Shown here piece after piece: positions 20,333-30,468 of a stretch of DNA of 64,000 bases. Below the pieces are notes generated by a model. The model was given only the letters and a program-made list of their open reading frames with translations. It was not told the origin of the DNA and searched no databases. The DNA comes from an uncultured Gemmatimonadaceae bacterium (GTDB lineage: Bacteria; Gemmatimonadota; Gemmatimonadetes; Gemmatimonadales; Gemmatimonadaceae). Both the position numbers and the translations under genes were made by a program. Where the stretch lies: assembly GCA_963817955.1 (NCBI GenBank), contig CAWFQK010000007.1, positions 96,001 through 160,000 of the forward strand. The letters are read 5' to 3'. The number at the start of each line of letters is the position of its first letter. The first letter of the stretch is position 1.

Positions 20333-21351
20333 CCGCGGGTGACATCGGCCAGCACCCGCGTCGTGCGAGTGATTTCCTCCGCCTGCCCGCGCGATAGCGT
20401 CTCGTTTGCATCGAGACACCAGATGCCGTCCAGGAGTCCGTCTCGCCGAAGCACCTCGTGAATTCCAGGAATGCAACCGGCAAAGGCGTGCGACGCATCG
20501 AACACGGCCGCATTGGCGTCGGTGAGCGCCGCCCCCAATGAAAGCAGCGCCGGATCGATCGCACCTCGCGAGCGAGCAAGCTTGATGTGCGCCAGGAGCG
20601 CGACGGCATCTCGCGTCCATATCGCCCACTGTCCGAGCAGCCCGCCATCGATGAAGCGCGTGACGGTGGTACCGCCGGCGTTCACAGGAAACGGCGTCAG
20701 GAGATCGGCGACGATATTGTCGTCATTGCCGGTGTAGAGCGCCACGTCGTCACGGCCGGCGTCGACGACGGCACGCACGACGTCGATGGTCTGATACCGG
20801 TTGAACGGCGCGATCTTGATGGCCCACACGTCTGGAATCTCGGCGAACTCCCGCCAGAAACGATACGACAGCAGGCGTCCGCCGACCGCGGGCTGGAGAT
20901 AGAAACCGAACAGCGGCATGATCTCGGCGATGGTGCGGCAATGCACGAGGAGATCGTCCTCGGGTTCCTCGTGCCACCCGCCCAAGCTCAAGAGCGCGGC
21001 GTCGTATCCGAGCGTCGCAGCGATCTCCGCTTCCGTGGTGGCCTGTGACGTGCGGCCGACGACCCCCGCGATCATGGCAAACGCCGCGTTGTCGCGCGTG
21101 CGGCGCGCTTCGTCCATCGCCATCTCGAGCACAGGCCGATAGAGTCGGACGGAGACATCTCGAATGGCGAACTGCGTCGTGTGCACAGCGACCGCTAGAC
21201 CACCGGCACCCGACTCGATGTAGTAGCGCGTGAGTCCGCGCTGTCTTCGCTCGTCGAGCGTGCGCGCTTCCGTGAGCGCGAGCGGATGCGCGGGGATCAC
21301 CTGTCCGGCGCGCAGGTGCGCGCGCACGCTCACGCGTTCAGAATTTTCCAT
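20323..21351 (-). CDS. DHDPS/N-acetylneuraminate lyase-like aldolase
   Basis: VHTTQF; GFYLQPAVGG; IKIAPFNRY; YTGNDD. Confidence 0.82.
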   Translation of the reverse strand: MENSERVSVRAHLRAGQVIPAHPLALTEARTLDERRQRGLTRYYIESGAGGLAVAVHTTQFAIRDVSVRLYRPVLEMAMDEARRTRDNAAFAMIAGVVGRTSQATTEAEIAATLGYDAALLSLGGWHEEPEDDLLVHCRTIAEIMPLFGFYLQPAVGGRLLSYRFWREFAEIPDVWAIKIAPFNRYQTIDVVRAVVDAGRDDVALYTGNDDNIVADLLTPFPVNAGGTTVTRFIDGGLLGQWAIWTRDAVALLAHIKLARSRGAIDPALLSLGAALTDANAAVFDASHAFAGCIPGIHEVLRRDGLLDGIWCLDANETLSRGQAEEITRTTRVLADVTRGQF

Positions 21352-22342
21352 CGCGCGCCTCGAATTTGGTCGGCTTGCCGAGCAGTGCTCCTCCGGCCTC
21401 GACCCAGTCCGCTATCCACGTGAGCATCTGTTGGGTGCTCACCTCTGGTGGGGCGAACTCCGATCGCATGCGCGACGTGTTGCTGAGCAACGCGTCGGCG
21501 CGTTCCTTTCCCGTGAATGTCGCGCGCGTCGCGAAGCGCGCCGCGAACCACTCGGCGATTGCGCGCACCGATAGTTCCTCGGCGCCAGTGACGTTCACGA
21601 CGAACGGCGGTACCGCGGCCTTCGACAGACACTCGAGCGCGATGCGATTCGCATCGCCCTGCCATATGACGTTCACATACCCCATATCCACAGACACGGG
21701 GTCGCCGCGCTGCACGCGCGTGGCGATGTCCACGAGGACACCATACCGCAGGTCGATGGCGTAGTTGAGCCGCATGATAGCCACATGCGTGCCATATCGC
21801 TCGGCGTACGATTCGAACACGCGCTCACGGCCAACGCACGACGCGGCGTACTCGCCGACCGGGCCGAGTGGATCGTCTTCGCGTGAACCGCCGGCGTGCA
21901 CCGGTGCGAGAGCATACACATTGCCGGTGGAGAAAGCGACAATGCGCGAGTTGCGATATCGTTCGGCGCAGTTTGCTGGCACAATCGTGTTCATCGCCCA
22001 TGTCATTGCCGGCGCACCGCTGGTTCCGAACTTCTGCCCAGCCATGAACACCACGTTCGGTGCATCCGGTAATCGCGCGACCGCGTCACGATCGAGCAGG
22101 TCGCAGCGCACCGTTTCGACACCGGCGTCGTTCAGTGCTCGCTCGGTCTTGCTGGACGACCATCGCGACACGGCAATCACGCGGCGGTTGTCCTGGACCG
22201 CGCGCGCCGCCATGCGAGCGAGGGTCGGTCCCATCTTGCCCCCCGCTCCCAGAATGATGACGTCGCCTGGAGCTTCCTTGAGTGCCGCAACGGTCTGGGT
22301 TCGCGGCGTGGAGAGCAGGGTGTCGAGGTCGTCAGGCGACAT
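21338..22342 (-). CDS. NAD-dependent epimerase/dehydratase
   Basis: LGAGGKMG; FSTGNVY; EYAASCVGRE; the upstream ORF extension runs through repeat DNA. Confidence 0.85.
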   Translation of the reverse strand: MSPDDLDTLLSTPRTQTVAALKEAPGDVIILGAGGKMGPTLARMAARAVQDNRRVIAVSRWSSSKTERALNDAGVETVRCDLLDRDAVARLPDAPNVVFMAGQKFGTSGAPAMTWAMNTIVPANCAERYRNSRIVAFSTGNVYALAPVHAGGSREDDPLGPVGEYAASCVGRERVFESYAERYGTHVAIMRLNYAIDLRYGVLVDIATRVQRGDPVSVDMGYVNVIWQGDANRIALECLSKAAVPPFVVNVTGAEELSVRAIAEWFAARFATRATFTGKERADALLSNTSRMRSEFAPPEVSTQQMLTWIADWVEAGGALLGKPTKFEARDGKF

Positions 22343-22395
22343 GGTCAAGAGCGGCTCTTCGGGGGTTCGGGGGCGGGACGGTTTGTTTGTTTTAA

Positions 22396-22671
22396 CGCAG
22401 AGGTCGCAGAGAACTGCAAGAGAACGGCAAAGAGAACTGCAAGAGAACTCAAAAGAACTGCAAAGAGAACTGGAAGCGTACGGAAGAGGGAAGCGCGTAT
22501 CAGTGGAATGAACCGTGGATGCCGAGTCCACAATCATTCCGCCTATATCGCTGATAATCCCGACCTGGGCGATACCATCGGAGCGTCCCGACGGCATCAG
22601 CCAAGACTTCCAGGCGAGACAACCCTTCACGGTCCTCTGCCGTTCTCTTGCAGTTCTCTGCGACCTCTGCG
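22396..22671. mobile_element. MITE/REPIN-like element, copy 2 (inverted relative to copy 1)
   Basis: Perfect 34-bp TIR (22396-22429 / 22638-22671); core ~92% identical to the reverse complement of copy 1 (hand alignment). Confidence 0.75.
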
Positions 22672-22771
22672 ATAAATAGCTGTTGCGCCGTCCGCCCTAA
22701 CCAGCTTTTTCATGCCCCCACGAACCCATCAATTCGCCCACTCATTTCGGCGAAGACCCATCAAAGGTAAG

Positions 22772-22980
22772 TCTGGCGCCCATGCCGGTCATGAGTTGCG
22801 ACAGAGATCATTCGGTATGCTGAGCCTGGTCTCGGGCGGCTGCTCGTTGATTGCCGAGAACAGAATCGACAGAAATGCCGTGATCGTGGGGGATTGCCTG
22901 ATGTCGAGGTCGGCATAGAAGTACATTTTCCCGTCGCGATACTCCAGTGCCTGCGTCTTTCGTGGAGTGCCTTGAATGGC
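22772..22980 (-). pseudogene. Degraded SufE-family gene fragment
   Basis: Minus frame reads LEYRDGKMYFYADLDIRQSPTITAFLSILFSAINEQPPETRLSIPND, then shifts frame to LMTGMGAR; the N-terminal portion and catalytic Cys region are absent. Confidence 0.55.
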
Positions 22981-23017
22981 GTGCAGTCACGTAATCGATC
23001 ATCCGGGAGGGGGGAGC

Positions 23018-23446
23018 ATGCCGACACGTAATGCGACAGCGAAGTGGGAAGGTGGTCTCAAGGGGGGACGCGGTAGCTTCAGCGGACAGACGGGATTTGG
23101 CGGGCAATACAACTTCAGCTCGCGTTTCGAATCGGGTGTCGGCTCGAATCCCGAAGAGTTGCTCGCCGCCGCGGAGGCGGCGTGCTACAGCATGGCGTTG
23201 AGCGGGGCACTCGAGGCCAACGGCACACCTCCGACCAGCATCGAAACCAAGGCGGGATGCACCGTTGAGAAGGTCGGAGCGGGCTTCACGATCACGAAGA
23301 TGGTGCTTGACGTGCGTGCCGTGGTGCCGAAGGTTGACGATGCGACGTTCCAGCGTCTCGCCGCCGACACCAAGCAAAACTGTCCGGTATCGAAGGCGTT
23401 GAAGGGGAACGTGGATATTCAGGTGACCGCAACTCTCTCGTCGTGA
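23018..23446 (+). CDS. osmC: OsmC-family peroxiredoxin
   Basis: SRFESGVGSNPEELLAAAEAACYSMALS; NCPVSKAL; RBS ggag. Confidence 0.92.
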   Translation: MPTRNATAKWEGGLKGGRGSFSGQTGFGGQYNFSSRFESGVGSNPEELLAAAEAACYSMALSGALEANGTPPTSIETKAGCTVEKVGAGFTITKMVLDVRAVVPKVDDATFQRLAADTKQNCPVSKALKGNVDIQVTATLSS

Positions 23447-23619
23447 TTCGAGGCCGGGGTGGTGTCGTGGGTCCGATTATCGGCGACGCGGCTCAGCTAT
23501 TTCCTCATCATGCCGAACATCCTGCTCTCGGGCATCGATCGGGTAATGTGCCTTGATCCGCGGCCCCGATGGCCGCAGGCTTAGCGAACGTAATTCGCCA
23601 CCATTTTTCCATCGGTATC

Positions 23620-24000
23620 ATGTCATCGGCCAACGAACGCTCTGTCACCTGGTACGCCTGGGACCAACTCCCGCGCGAGACCGTGTCCCCCATGATCGAT
23701 CGCCGTCTGATCACCGGCGACAGCATGATGATCGCCCATGTCTATCTGAAGCAGGGTTGCATCGTGCCGAAGCACTCGCACGAGAACGAGCAGATCACAT
23801 ACATCCTGGAAGGTGTCTTGAAGTTCTGGATCGGGGACGACGAATCGCAGGTCGTGCTCGTCCGCGCCGGCGAGGTGCTGCACATTCCGTCCAACGTGCC
23901 GCACAAGGCCGAAGCCCTCGAAGACACGCTCGATGTCGACATTTTTGATCCACCGCGCCAGGACTGGTTGAACAAGACCGATTCGTACCTCCGGAAATAG
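23620..24000 (+). CDS. Cupin domain protein
   Basis: PKHSHENEQITYILEG; IPSNVPH; DIFDPPRQDW. Confidence 0.88.
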   Translation: MSSANERSVTWYAWDQLPRETVSPMIDRRLITGDSMMIAHVYLKQGCIVPKHSHENEQITYILEGVLKFWIGDDESQVVLVRAGEVLHIPSNVPHKAEALEDTLDVDIFDPPRQDWLNKTDSYLRK

Positions 24001-24003
24001 CCC

Positions 24004-24792
24004 ATGGATCTGGGTCTCAAAGGCAAAGTTGCGCTCGTTGGCGCGGCGAGCCGCGGGCTCGGCCGCGCCATCGCGGTCGAGCTGGCGCGGGAAGGCGCGC
24101 GCGTGGTGATCTGCGCGCGCGGCGCCGAGGCGCTCGAGGCGACTCGGAGGCAGATTGCCGCGACCGGGGCGGAGATTCACGCTGTGGCGGCCGACCTGTC
24201 GCAGCGTGATGGGATCGAGCGGGTCGCGTCGGAGGCGATGACAACGTTCGGCCGTGTGGATGTACTCGTCACGAATGCCGGCGGACCCCCGGCCGGCCCA
24301 TTTGACGCACACGATTGGAGCGCTTGGGACCGCGCAGTCAATCTCACGCTGCGGAGCGCAGTGGAGCTCACACGCGCCGTGCTGCCGGGCATGCGCGAGC
24401 GGAGATGGGGACGCATCATCAATGTGACGTCGATCGCCGTGAAGCAGCCCGTAGACAACCTCATGCTGTCGAACAGCGTGCGGTCGGCGGTGACCGGATT
24501 CGCGCGAACGCTGGCCAACGAGGTGGCGACGGACGGCGTGACGGTGAACAACATTCTTCCCGGCTACACCCGCACCGAGCGGGTCGACGCGCTCGCCGAG
24601 GCCAATGCTGCAAAGGAAGGCGTGACGAAACAGGAGGTCGTGGCCCGATTCGAGCGCGAGATTCCCATGCGCCGCCTCGGTGAGCCAGAGGAATTCGCGG
24701 CGCTCGCCGCGTTCCTCGCCTCGGAACGCGCGAGCTACATCACCGGGCAGTCCATCGCCGTGGACGGGGGTTGGATCAAGTCGTTGCTGTAA
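24004..24792 (+). CDS. SDR-family oxidoreductase
   Basis: AASRGLG; TNAGGP; VDGG. Confidence 0.9.
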   Translation: MDLGLKGKVALVGAASRGLGRAIAVELAREGARVVICARGAEALEATRRQIAATGAEIHAVAADLSQRDGIERVASEAMTTFGRVDVLVTNAGGPPAGPFDAHDWSAWDRAVNLTLRSAVELTRAVLPGMRERRWGRIINVTSIAVKQPVDNLMLSNSVRSAVTGFARTLANEVATDGVTVNNILPGYTRTERVDALAEANAAKEGVTKQEVVARFEREIPMRRLGEPEEFAALAAFLASERASYITGQSIAVDGGWIKSLL

Positions 24793-25843
24793 TGTGGCTG
24801 GGGAGTGCGAACTTCACCCGCTCGGTGCCGAAGCGACGCAACACTTCGAGATTGATCGCCTGCTGCACATTCATGTACTTCGTGTAGTCGGGATCGAGCA
24901 CGTAGTAGACCGTTTCCAGACGGATCGACCAATTTCCAAGGCTCGCCACATGACACCGGTCGAACTTGACCGGCGACTGCGCCGCGACGATCTGCTCCAC
25001 GACGGCCGGCAGTCGTGAGAGCACGTCGGGCGGCGTGTCGTACAGCAGGTCGAGATTGAACTGGACGCGCCGCTGATACATGCGGCGGTAATTCCGCAGC
25101 CGGCTCTTCAGCAGGTCGCCGTTGCCGATGATGATCTGCTCGCCCGTGACGCTGCGGAGGCGCGTCGTCTTGAGTCCGATGTGTTCGACCGTGCCGGTGA
25201 CCTGATCGACGCCGATGGTATCACCGACGTCAAACGGCTTGTCGAACACAATTGCCAGCGCGGCGAGCAGATCCCCAAGGATGTTCTGCACGGCGAGCGC
25301 GACGGCGATGCCGCTCACGCCCAGCCCGGTGATCAGTGGCGTGATGTCGATGAAGAAGACCGTCTTCATCGCCGTGAACACGATCAGGATCCAGAGGAAC
25401 ACCTTTGCCGCCACGCCGATCGCGCTGATCATCGCGATGCTCGTGCGATCGTTCGACTGTGTATGCCGCATCAGGTGGTGCTGCATCCAGAAGCCGATCG
25501 CCGCGGCGCCCCACAACGCGATCTGCCACAGCATCACCAACTTGGCGAGCGGTCCGACGTACGGGCTCGCGCGACCCAGGTCGAGGGCGTGTGTCGCGCT
25601 CAGCAGCGCAAACATCACCAGCACCCACCTCGGCGTCTGCCGGAGCAGCTCGACGATCATGTCGTCGAACTGATGCGTCGTCCGAGCGGCGAGTTGACCG
25701 AGACGCGCAATGAGCACGCGGCGGGAGATCAACAGGACGAACAACGTGACGGCAGCGGTGAGTGCCGCCGTGAGCCACGTCTGAACGGAGTTGTTCAGGA
25801 ATTGTTGACCAAGGACGTCGATGACTGGTGCGGGCACGGGCAT
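24776..25843 (-). CDS. MscS-family mechanosensitive channel
   Basis: GLGVSGIAVALAVQNILGD; DKPFDVGD; IGLKTTRLRS. Confidence 0.92.
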   Translation of the reverse strand: MPVPAPVIDVLGQQFLNNSVQTWLTAALTAAVTLFVLLISRRVLIARLGQLAARTTHQFDDMIVELLRQTPRWVLVMFALLSATHALDLGRASPYVGPLAKLVMLWQIALWGAAAIGFWMQHHLMRHTQSNDRTSIAMISAIGVAAKVFLWILIVFTAMKTVFFIDITPLITGLGVSGIAVALAVQNILGDLLAALAIVFDKPFDVGDTIGVDQVTGTVEHIGLKTTRLRSVTGEQIIIGNGDLLKSRLRNYRRMYQRRVQFNLDLLYDTPPDVLSRLPAVVEQIVAAQSPVKFDRCHVASLGNWSIRLETVYYVLDPDYTKYMNVQQAINLEVLRRFGTERVKFALPSHITATT

Positions 25844-25882
25844 TGGGGTGGAGAGGGTCGCCCAATGATAACGGAAACGACG

Positions 25883-27385
25883 TCAGCGTGCCGCCGCCTG
25901 CTCCATCTCGGGTGATCGCGCGCGCCGCCGCATGGTGGGTGTTCCATCGCACGCATCGCAGTTGCCGCATTGCCAGTCAGGTTCCACGCCCTCGCCGAAG
26001 TACTCGAGAATGAACCGTGTTCGACAGCGCGCGCTCTGGCAGTAGTTGATCATCGCGCGCAGTTTGGCGTGGTCCTGTGTACGCCGTTGCTCGTAATCAG
26101 TGAGGTCGGCACTCAGGTCGACAGACGTGAGACGGTTCTGCAGGCGCTCCCAACTGCCCCCACGATACTCGCGCACGAGGCCGTGTCGCTTGAGGAGTAC
26201 CAGGACAATCCGCGTCTTGCGCCGCGCCACACCCGCCTTGTCCGCGAGGTCCTCCAGGAGGACGGTCTCGTTGATCGCTACCTGCTCGAGCACGATCGCG
26301 ACGCGGGCCGCCTCTTCGACATCGGGGTACTTGCCGCCAAGGAAGTACGACTGCACCCGGCTGTCCTCGACGCGATAGAACAGCGTGCATGTCGCCGGCA
26401 GTCCCTCGCGGCCGGCGCGGCCGGCTTCCTGGTAATACGACTCCACGGAACCGGGGAAATGGTAGTGAATGACGAAGCGCAGATCCTGCTTGTCGATACC
26501 GAGGCCGAACGCGTTCGTCGCAATCATGGCCCTGAACCGATCGGCCATGAACTGGTCCTGCATGGTCTTCCGCTCGGCCGCCGCCATCTTTCCGTGATAC
26601 ATCCCGACGGCGTCGCGAACCTTGAGCTGCTCGTAGAGCCGCTCTGCTTCACGAACCGTGGCAACGTAGATCACGCCGACGCCATCGGTGTCGTGCAGCA
26701 TCTGGCCGAGCGCAGCATCCTTCATCGTTTCGTTGACGGTGCGCTTCACCTCGAATCGGAGATTCGGACGTGCGAAGCCGGTCACGGTGCTGTGGGGATT
26801 GCTCATGCCCAGTTGTCGCGCGATATCCGCACGAACCTCTACCGTCGCTGTGGCCGTGAGGGCAAGAATGGGGGGACGGCCGAGACGCTTCACGACCGAA
26901 CCGAGCGTGAGATAGTCGGGGCGGAAATCATGCCCCCACTGGCTGACGCAATGCGCTTCGTCGATGACGAACAGGCTCACCCGGCGCGTGAGCAACTGCT
27001 CGAAGAATTCACGATCCTTGAATCGCTCCGGCGTGAGATAGAGAATCTCGCCGCCGCCGTCACCGACGCGCGCCGAGAGATCGCGCGCCTGCGCGCCGGT
27101 GAGGTGCGAGTGCATCGCCATGGCATCCACCCCGTGCGCAGCCAGCTTGTCCTGCTGGTCCTTCATGAGCGCGATGAGCGGACTCACCACCACGGTGAGG
27201 CCCGGCAGCATGAGCGCGGGCAACTGATAGACCAGTGACTTTCCGCTGCCCGTTGGCATGACGACGAGCGCGTCCCGACCCTCGAGGACGGCGCGAATCG
27301 GCTCCCACTGGCCTCGCTGGAATTCTCGATGACCGAATCGGGCGATGAGTACGCGCCGCGCCTTGGTCCGAAGCATCTGTGGCAT
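25883..27385 (-). CDS. recQ: RecQ-family DNA helicase (no HRDC domain)
   Basis: [33 protein letters not shown]; Zn motif CR...CGNCDAC. Confidence 0.92.
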   Translation of the reverse strand: MPQMLRTKARRVLIARFGHREFQRGQWEPIRAVLEGRDALVVMPTGSGKSLVYQLPALMLPGLTVVVSPLIALMKDQQDKLAAHGVDAMAMHSHLTGAQARDLSARVGDGGGEILYLTPERFKDREFFEQLLTRRVSLFVIDEAHCVSQWGHDFRPDYLTLGSVVKRLGRPPILALTATATVEVRADIARQLGMSNPHSTVTGFARPNLRFEVKRTVNETMKDAALGQMLHDTDGVGVIYVATVREAERLYEQLKVRDAVGMYHGKMAAAERKTMQDQFMADRFRAMIATNAFGLGIDKQDLRFVIHYHFPGSVESYYQEAGRAGREGLPATCTLFYRVEDSRVQSYFLGGKYPDVEEAARVAIVLEQVAINETVLLEDLADKAGVARRKTRIVLVLLKRHGLVREYRGGSWERLQNRLTSVDLSADLTDYEQRRTQDHAKLRAMINYCQSARCRTRFILEYFGEGVEPDWQCGNCDACDGTPTMRRRARSPEMEQAAAR

Positions 27386-27503
27386 TGGAGATTACAGGGG
27401 CAGGAAATGGACCGCGCTCGTTGCCCTCTCCAGCTTGACTGCTCGCGAACACGCCTCCGCGCCACGCCTTATCTTCAATAACAATCTTGAACGCGAGTCT
27501 GAC

Positions 27504-28418
27504 ATGCTCATCAGGAAACCAGACGCCATCAAGTCTTCGGAGATCACGCCGGAGGAGCGCTATCTCGACAGGCGCAGTTTCCTCGCGGTAGCCGGGCTGG
27601 CAGCGGCAGGCGTGCTCGGCACCGGCCGACTTGCGTCGATGGCTGCGCCGGCCGGCCGGCAGGACGACAAGCCGAACAGCTGGGACGAGATTACCGGCTA
27701 CAACAACTACTACGAGTTCGGCACCGACAAGGAAGATCCGTCACGGAATGCGCGGAACTTCCGCACTCGCCCATGGACGGTGAAGGTGGACGGCCTGGTG
27801 AAGAAGCCCGCCACGTATCACCTCGAGGATCTCGTCAAGCCGTACAAGCTCGAGGATCGAGTGTACCGCTTTCGCTGCGTCGAAGCGTGGTCGATGGTCA
27901 TTCCATGGCAGGGAATTCCGTTGGCGGAAATGATCCAGCGCTTCGAGCCATTGCCGAGCGCAAAGTATGTACGCTTCGAAACGCTTTACGACCCGACGCA
28001 GATGCCGGGGCAGAAGGCCGCCGTCCTGCCGTGGCCGTATGTCGAGGGGCTGCGCATGGACGAAGCCACGCATCCGCTGACGCTCATGGTGACGGGGCTG
28101 TACGGGAAGACGCTGCCGAACCAGAACGGCGCGCCGCTGCGGTTGATCGTGCCGTGGAAGTACGGCTTCAAGGGAATCAAGGCGATCACGCGGATCTCAC
28201 TGGTGGCCGAACAGCCGCGGAATACCTGGCAGATCGCCAATCCCAACGAGTACGGCTTCTACGCGAACGTCAACCCCGACGTTGACCACCCACGATGGAC
28301 GCAAGCGAGCGAGCGCCGCATCGGACAATTTCGGCGTCAGAAAACGCTCATGTTCAACGGGTATGCGGATCAGGTGGCCCGTCTGTATACCGGCATGGAC
28401 CTGAGGAAGAATTTTTGA
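27504..28418 (+). CDS. msrP: Methionine sulfoxide reductase catalytic subunit MsrP
   Basis: SSEITPE; Tat [36 protein letters not shown]. Confidence 0.95.
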   Translation: MLIRKPDAIKSSEITPEERYLDRRSFLAVAGLAAAGVLGTGRLASMAAPAGRQDDKPNSWDEITGYNNYYEFGTDKEDPSRNARNFRTRPWTVKVDGLVKKPATYHLEDLVKPYKLEDRVYRFRCVEAWSMVIPWQGIPLAEMIQRFEPLPSAKYVRFETLYDPTQMPGQKAAVLPWPYVEGLRMDEATHPLTLMVTGLYGKTLPNQNGAPLRLIVPWKYGFKGIKAITRISLVAEQPRNTWQIANPNEYGFYANVNPDVDHPRWTQASERRIGQFRRQKTLMFNGYADQVARLYTGMDLRKNF

Positions 28419-29059
28419 CGCGACCGGTGCCGCGTGGTGGGCGACGTGCGTGGGCCAAAGGCATGGTCTTCCTCATCGCGCTTCTTCCGCTGGCGCTGAC
28501 CGGGTGGCGTGTTGCAACCAATCGGCTTGGTGCCAATCCCATCCGCGAACTGGAGATTCAGACGGGCTTGTGGACGCTACGGCTGCTTGCGGTGACGCTG
28601 GCGCTCACGCCATTGCGCCGGAGCTTTGGCTGGAACTTTCTCGCCAGATATCGGCGGATGCTCGGCTTGTGCACATTCTTTTATGCGTGTGTGCACCTCA
28701 GCATGTGGGCCGCGGTGGACTGGTTCTTCGCCTGGGGCGACATGTGGCACGAGATCGTGAAGCACCAGTACATTTTCATCGGGATGCTCACGTGGCTGAT
28801 CCTGGTGCCGCTCGCCATCACGTCGACAAAGGGATGGGTGCGCCGGCTCGGTAAACGCTGGGTGCGACTTCACCGCCTGGTCTATGTCGCCGCGATCACG
28901 GGTACGGTGCACTATCTCTGGGCGGTGAAGAAGGACACCTTCTTTCCGCTCGTCTACCTCGCGGTTTTCGCGATGCTGCTTGCCTACCGCGTCTTCGACG
29001 CACGGCGAACGCCATTCCGCGTACCCAGGCCGGGATCTGGCGCTTCAGCGGCGGCGTAG
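28415..29059 (+). CDS. msrQ: Heme-binding membrane subunit MsrQ
   Basis: [24 protein letters not shown] start overlapping the msrP TGA. Confidence 0.92.
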   Translation: MTRPVPRGGRRAWAKGMVFLIALLPLALTGWRVATNRLGANPIRELEIQTGLWTLRLLAVTLALTPLRRSFGWNFLARYRRMLGLCTFFYACVHLSMWAAVDWFFAWGDMWHEIVKHQYIFIGMLTWLILVPLAITSTKGWVRRLGKRWVRLHRLVYVAAITGTVHYLWAVKKDTFFPLVYLAVFAMLLAYRVFDARRTPFRVPRPGSGASAAA

Positions 29060-29096
29060 GACCGTCGCGGGTTCGCACGGCGACTATGTTGCGTCT

Positions 29097-30260
29097 GTGA
29101 AACCTTCCACACCGCCCAATCAACTGTCGGCGTTCGCGATCACCGCGCCGGGACTCGAAGACCTCTGCGCGCGCGAGCTCGCCGCGATCGGGGTGACCGG
29201 AATGCCCGAGCCGGGGGGCGTCGCGTGGACTGGCACGCTCGATACCGTGGCCCGGGCCAACCTCTGGCTTCGGACCGCGAGTCGCGTGATCGTGCGGATC
29301 GCCGAGTTCCGCGCCAAGACGTTCTTTGAGCTGGAACGACATGCGCGTCGGATGGAGTGGGAGCGTTTCGTCTCGCCCGGCGTGCCAGTGGAGTTCCGCG
29401 TAACGTGCCGCAAGTCACGACTCTATCACAGCGGTGCGGTCGCCCAGCGCCTTGGCGATGCGGTCCAACTGCACGTGAAAGGTGCGCGGCTGGAGAGCAG
29501 CGCGAGCGATGACGATGAGGACTCTGCGTCCGGCGAGCGCCAGCTGTTCATAGTGCGCTTCGTGCATGACGCATGTACAGTGAGCGTCGACACCTCCGGT
29601 GCGCTCCTGCACCGCCGTGGATATCGGCAGCAACTTGCGAGAGCGCCGCTGCGCGAGACGTTGGCCGCGGCTGTGCTGCTCGGCGCCGGGTGGACGGGTG
29701 AGACGCCGCTCGTCGATCCGATGTGCGGCTCGGGAACGGTGCCCATCGAGGCGGCGCTCATCGCTCGCCGCATGGCGCCTGGACGCGATCGCTCGTTCGC
29801 ATTCCTGCGCTGGCCTGGGGCAGACGAGAAATCATGGAAACGACTGCTCGCCGATGCGCGCGCCGGCGAGCTGGAGCGATCGCCCATTATGATCAGTGGC
29901 TTCGATCGTGATGAGGGCGCCATCACGGCAGCTCGGGCGAACGCCGAACGCGCCGGTGTCGCGGCCGATATTTGCTTTGCCGCTCAGCCGGTGTCTGCAT
30001 TGGGCACAGCCGAGCCGCCGGGGCTCGTCGCGTCGAATCCGCCCTACGGCGTTCGGATAGGGGAAACGGCTGCGCTGCGAAATCTCTATGCGCAGCTGGG
30101 AAACGTGTTACGGCGCCATCGACCGGGTTGGACGCTGGCGTTGTTTTCGGCCGACAAGCAACTCGAGCGGCAGACGGGATTGTCGTTTGAGGAACGCTTC
30201 CGGTCGCGAAACGGCGGCATTGCCGTGCACCTCGTAGTGGCGGAGATACCAACGCGCTGA
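29097..30260 (+). CDS. THUMP-domain RNA methyltransferase (RlmL-like)
   Basis: LHRRGYR; APLRETLAA; DPMCGSGT; NPPYG; GTG start 6 nt after TATGTT. Confidence 0.9.
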   Translation: MKPSTPPNQLSAFAITAPGLEDLCARELAAIGVTGMPEPGGVAWTGTLDTVARANLWLRTASRVIVRIAEFRAKTFFELERHARRMEWERFVSPGVPVEFRVTCRKSRLYHSGAVAQRLGDAVQLHVKGARLESSASDDDEDSASGERQLFIVRFVHDACTVSVDTSGALLHRRGYRQQLARAPLRETLAAAVLLGAGWTGETPLVDPMCGSGTVPIEAALIARRMAPGRDRSFAFLRWPGADEKSWKRLLADARAGELERSPIMISGFDRDEGAITAARANAERAGVAADICFAAQPVSALGTAEPPGLVASNPPYGVRIGETAALRNLYAQLGNVLRRHRPGWTLALFSADKQLERQTGLSFEERFRSRNGGIAVHLVVAEIPTR

Positions 30261-30374
30261 ACGGTATCCCCGGCTAGGATACCTGTCATCCTTGTATCTC
30301 TGAGAATCACTAAGTCTCGCCCGTAAATTGGATGGCTGGTCGGGGTGGTAGCTCGTTCATCCTGATGACAGGCA

Positions 30375-30416
30375 TCCCGTGTCCCGTGTCCCGTCTCCCG
30401 ACTTCCGTGTCCCCGA
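30375..30416 (+). repeat. Heptamer tandem repeat (TCCCGTG-like) x6
   Basis: tcccgtg tcccgtg tcccgtc tcccgac ttccgtg tccccga; same unit as 56961-57016. Confidence 0.75.
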
Positions 30417-30468
30417 ACCTTCGCGAAGGTCATTAGCGCAGGAACCGGGCGTTTACCTGATCATGCCT

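Noticed and set aside
30362..30430. Hammerhead ribozyme suggested by CTGATGA
   Set aside because: No stem II followed by GAAA downstream; the motif is part of a longer stem.
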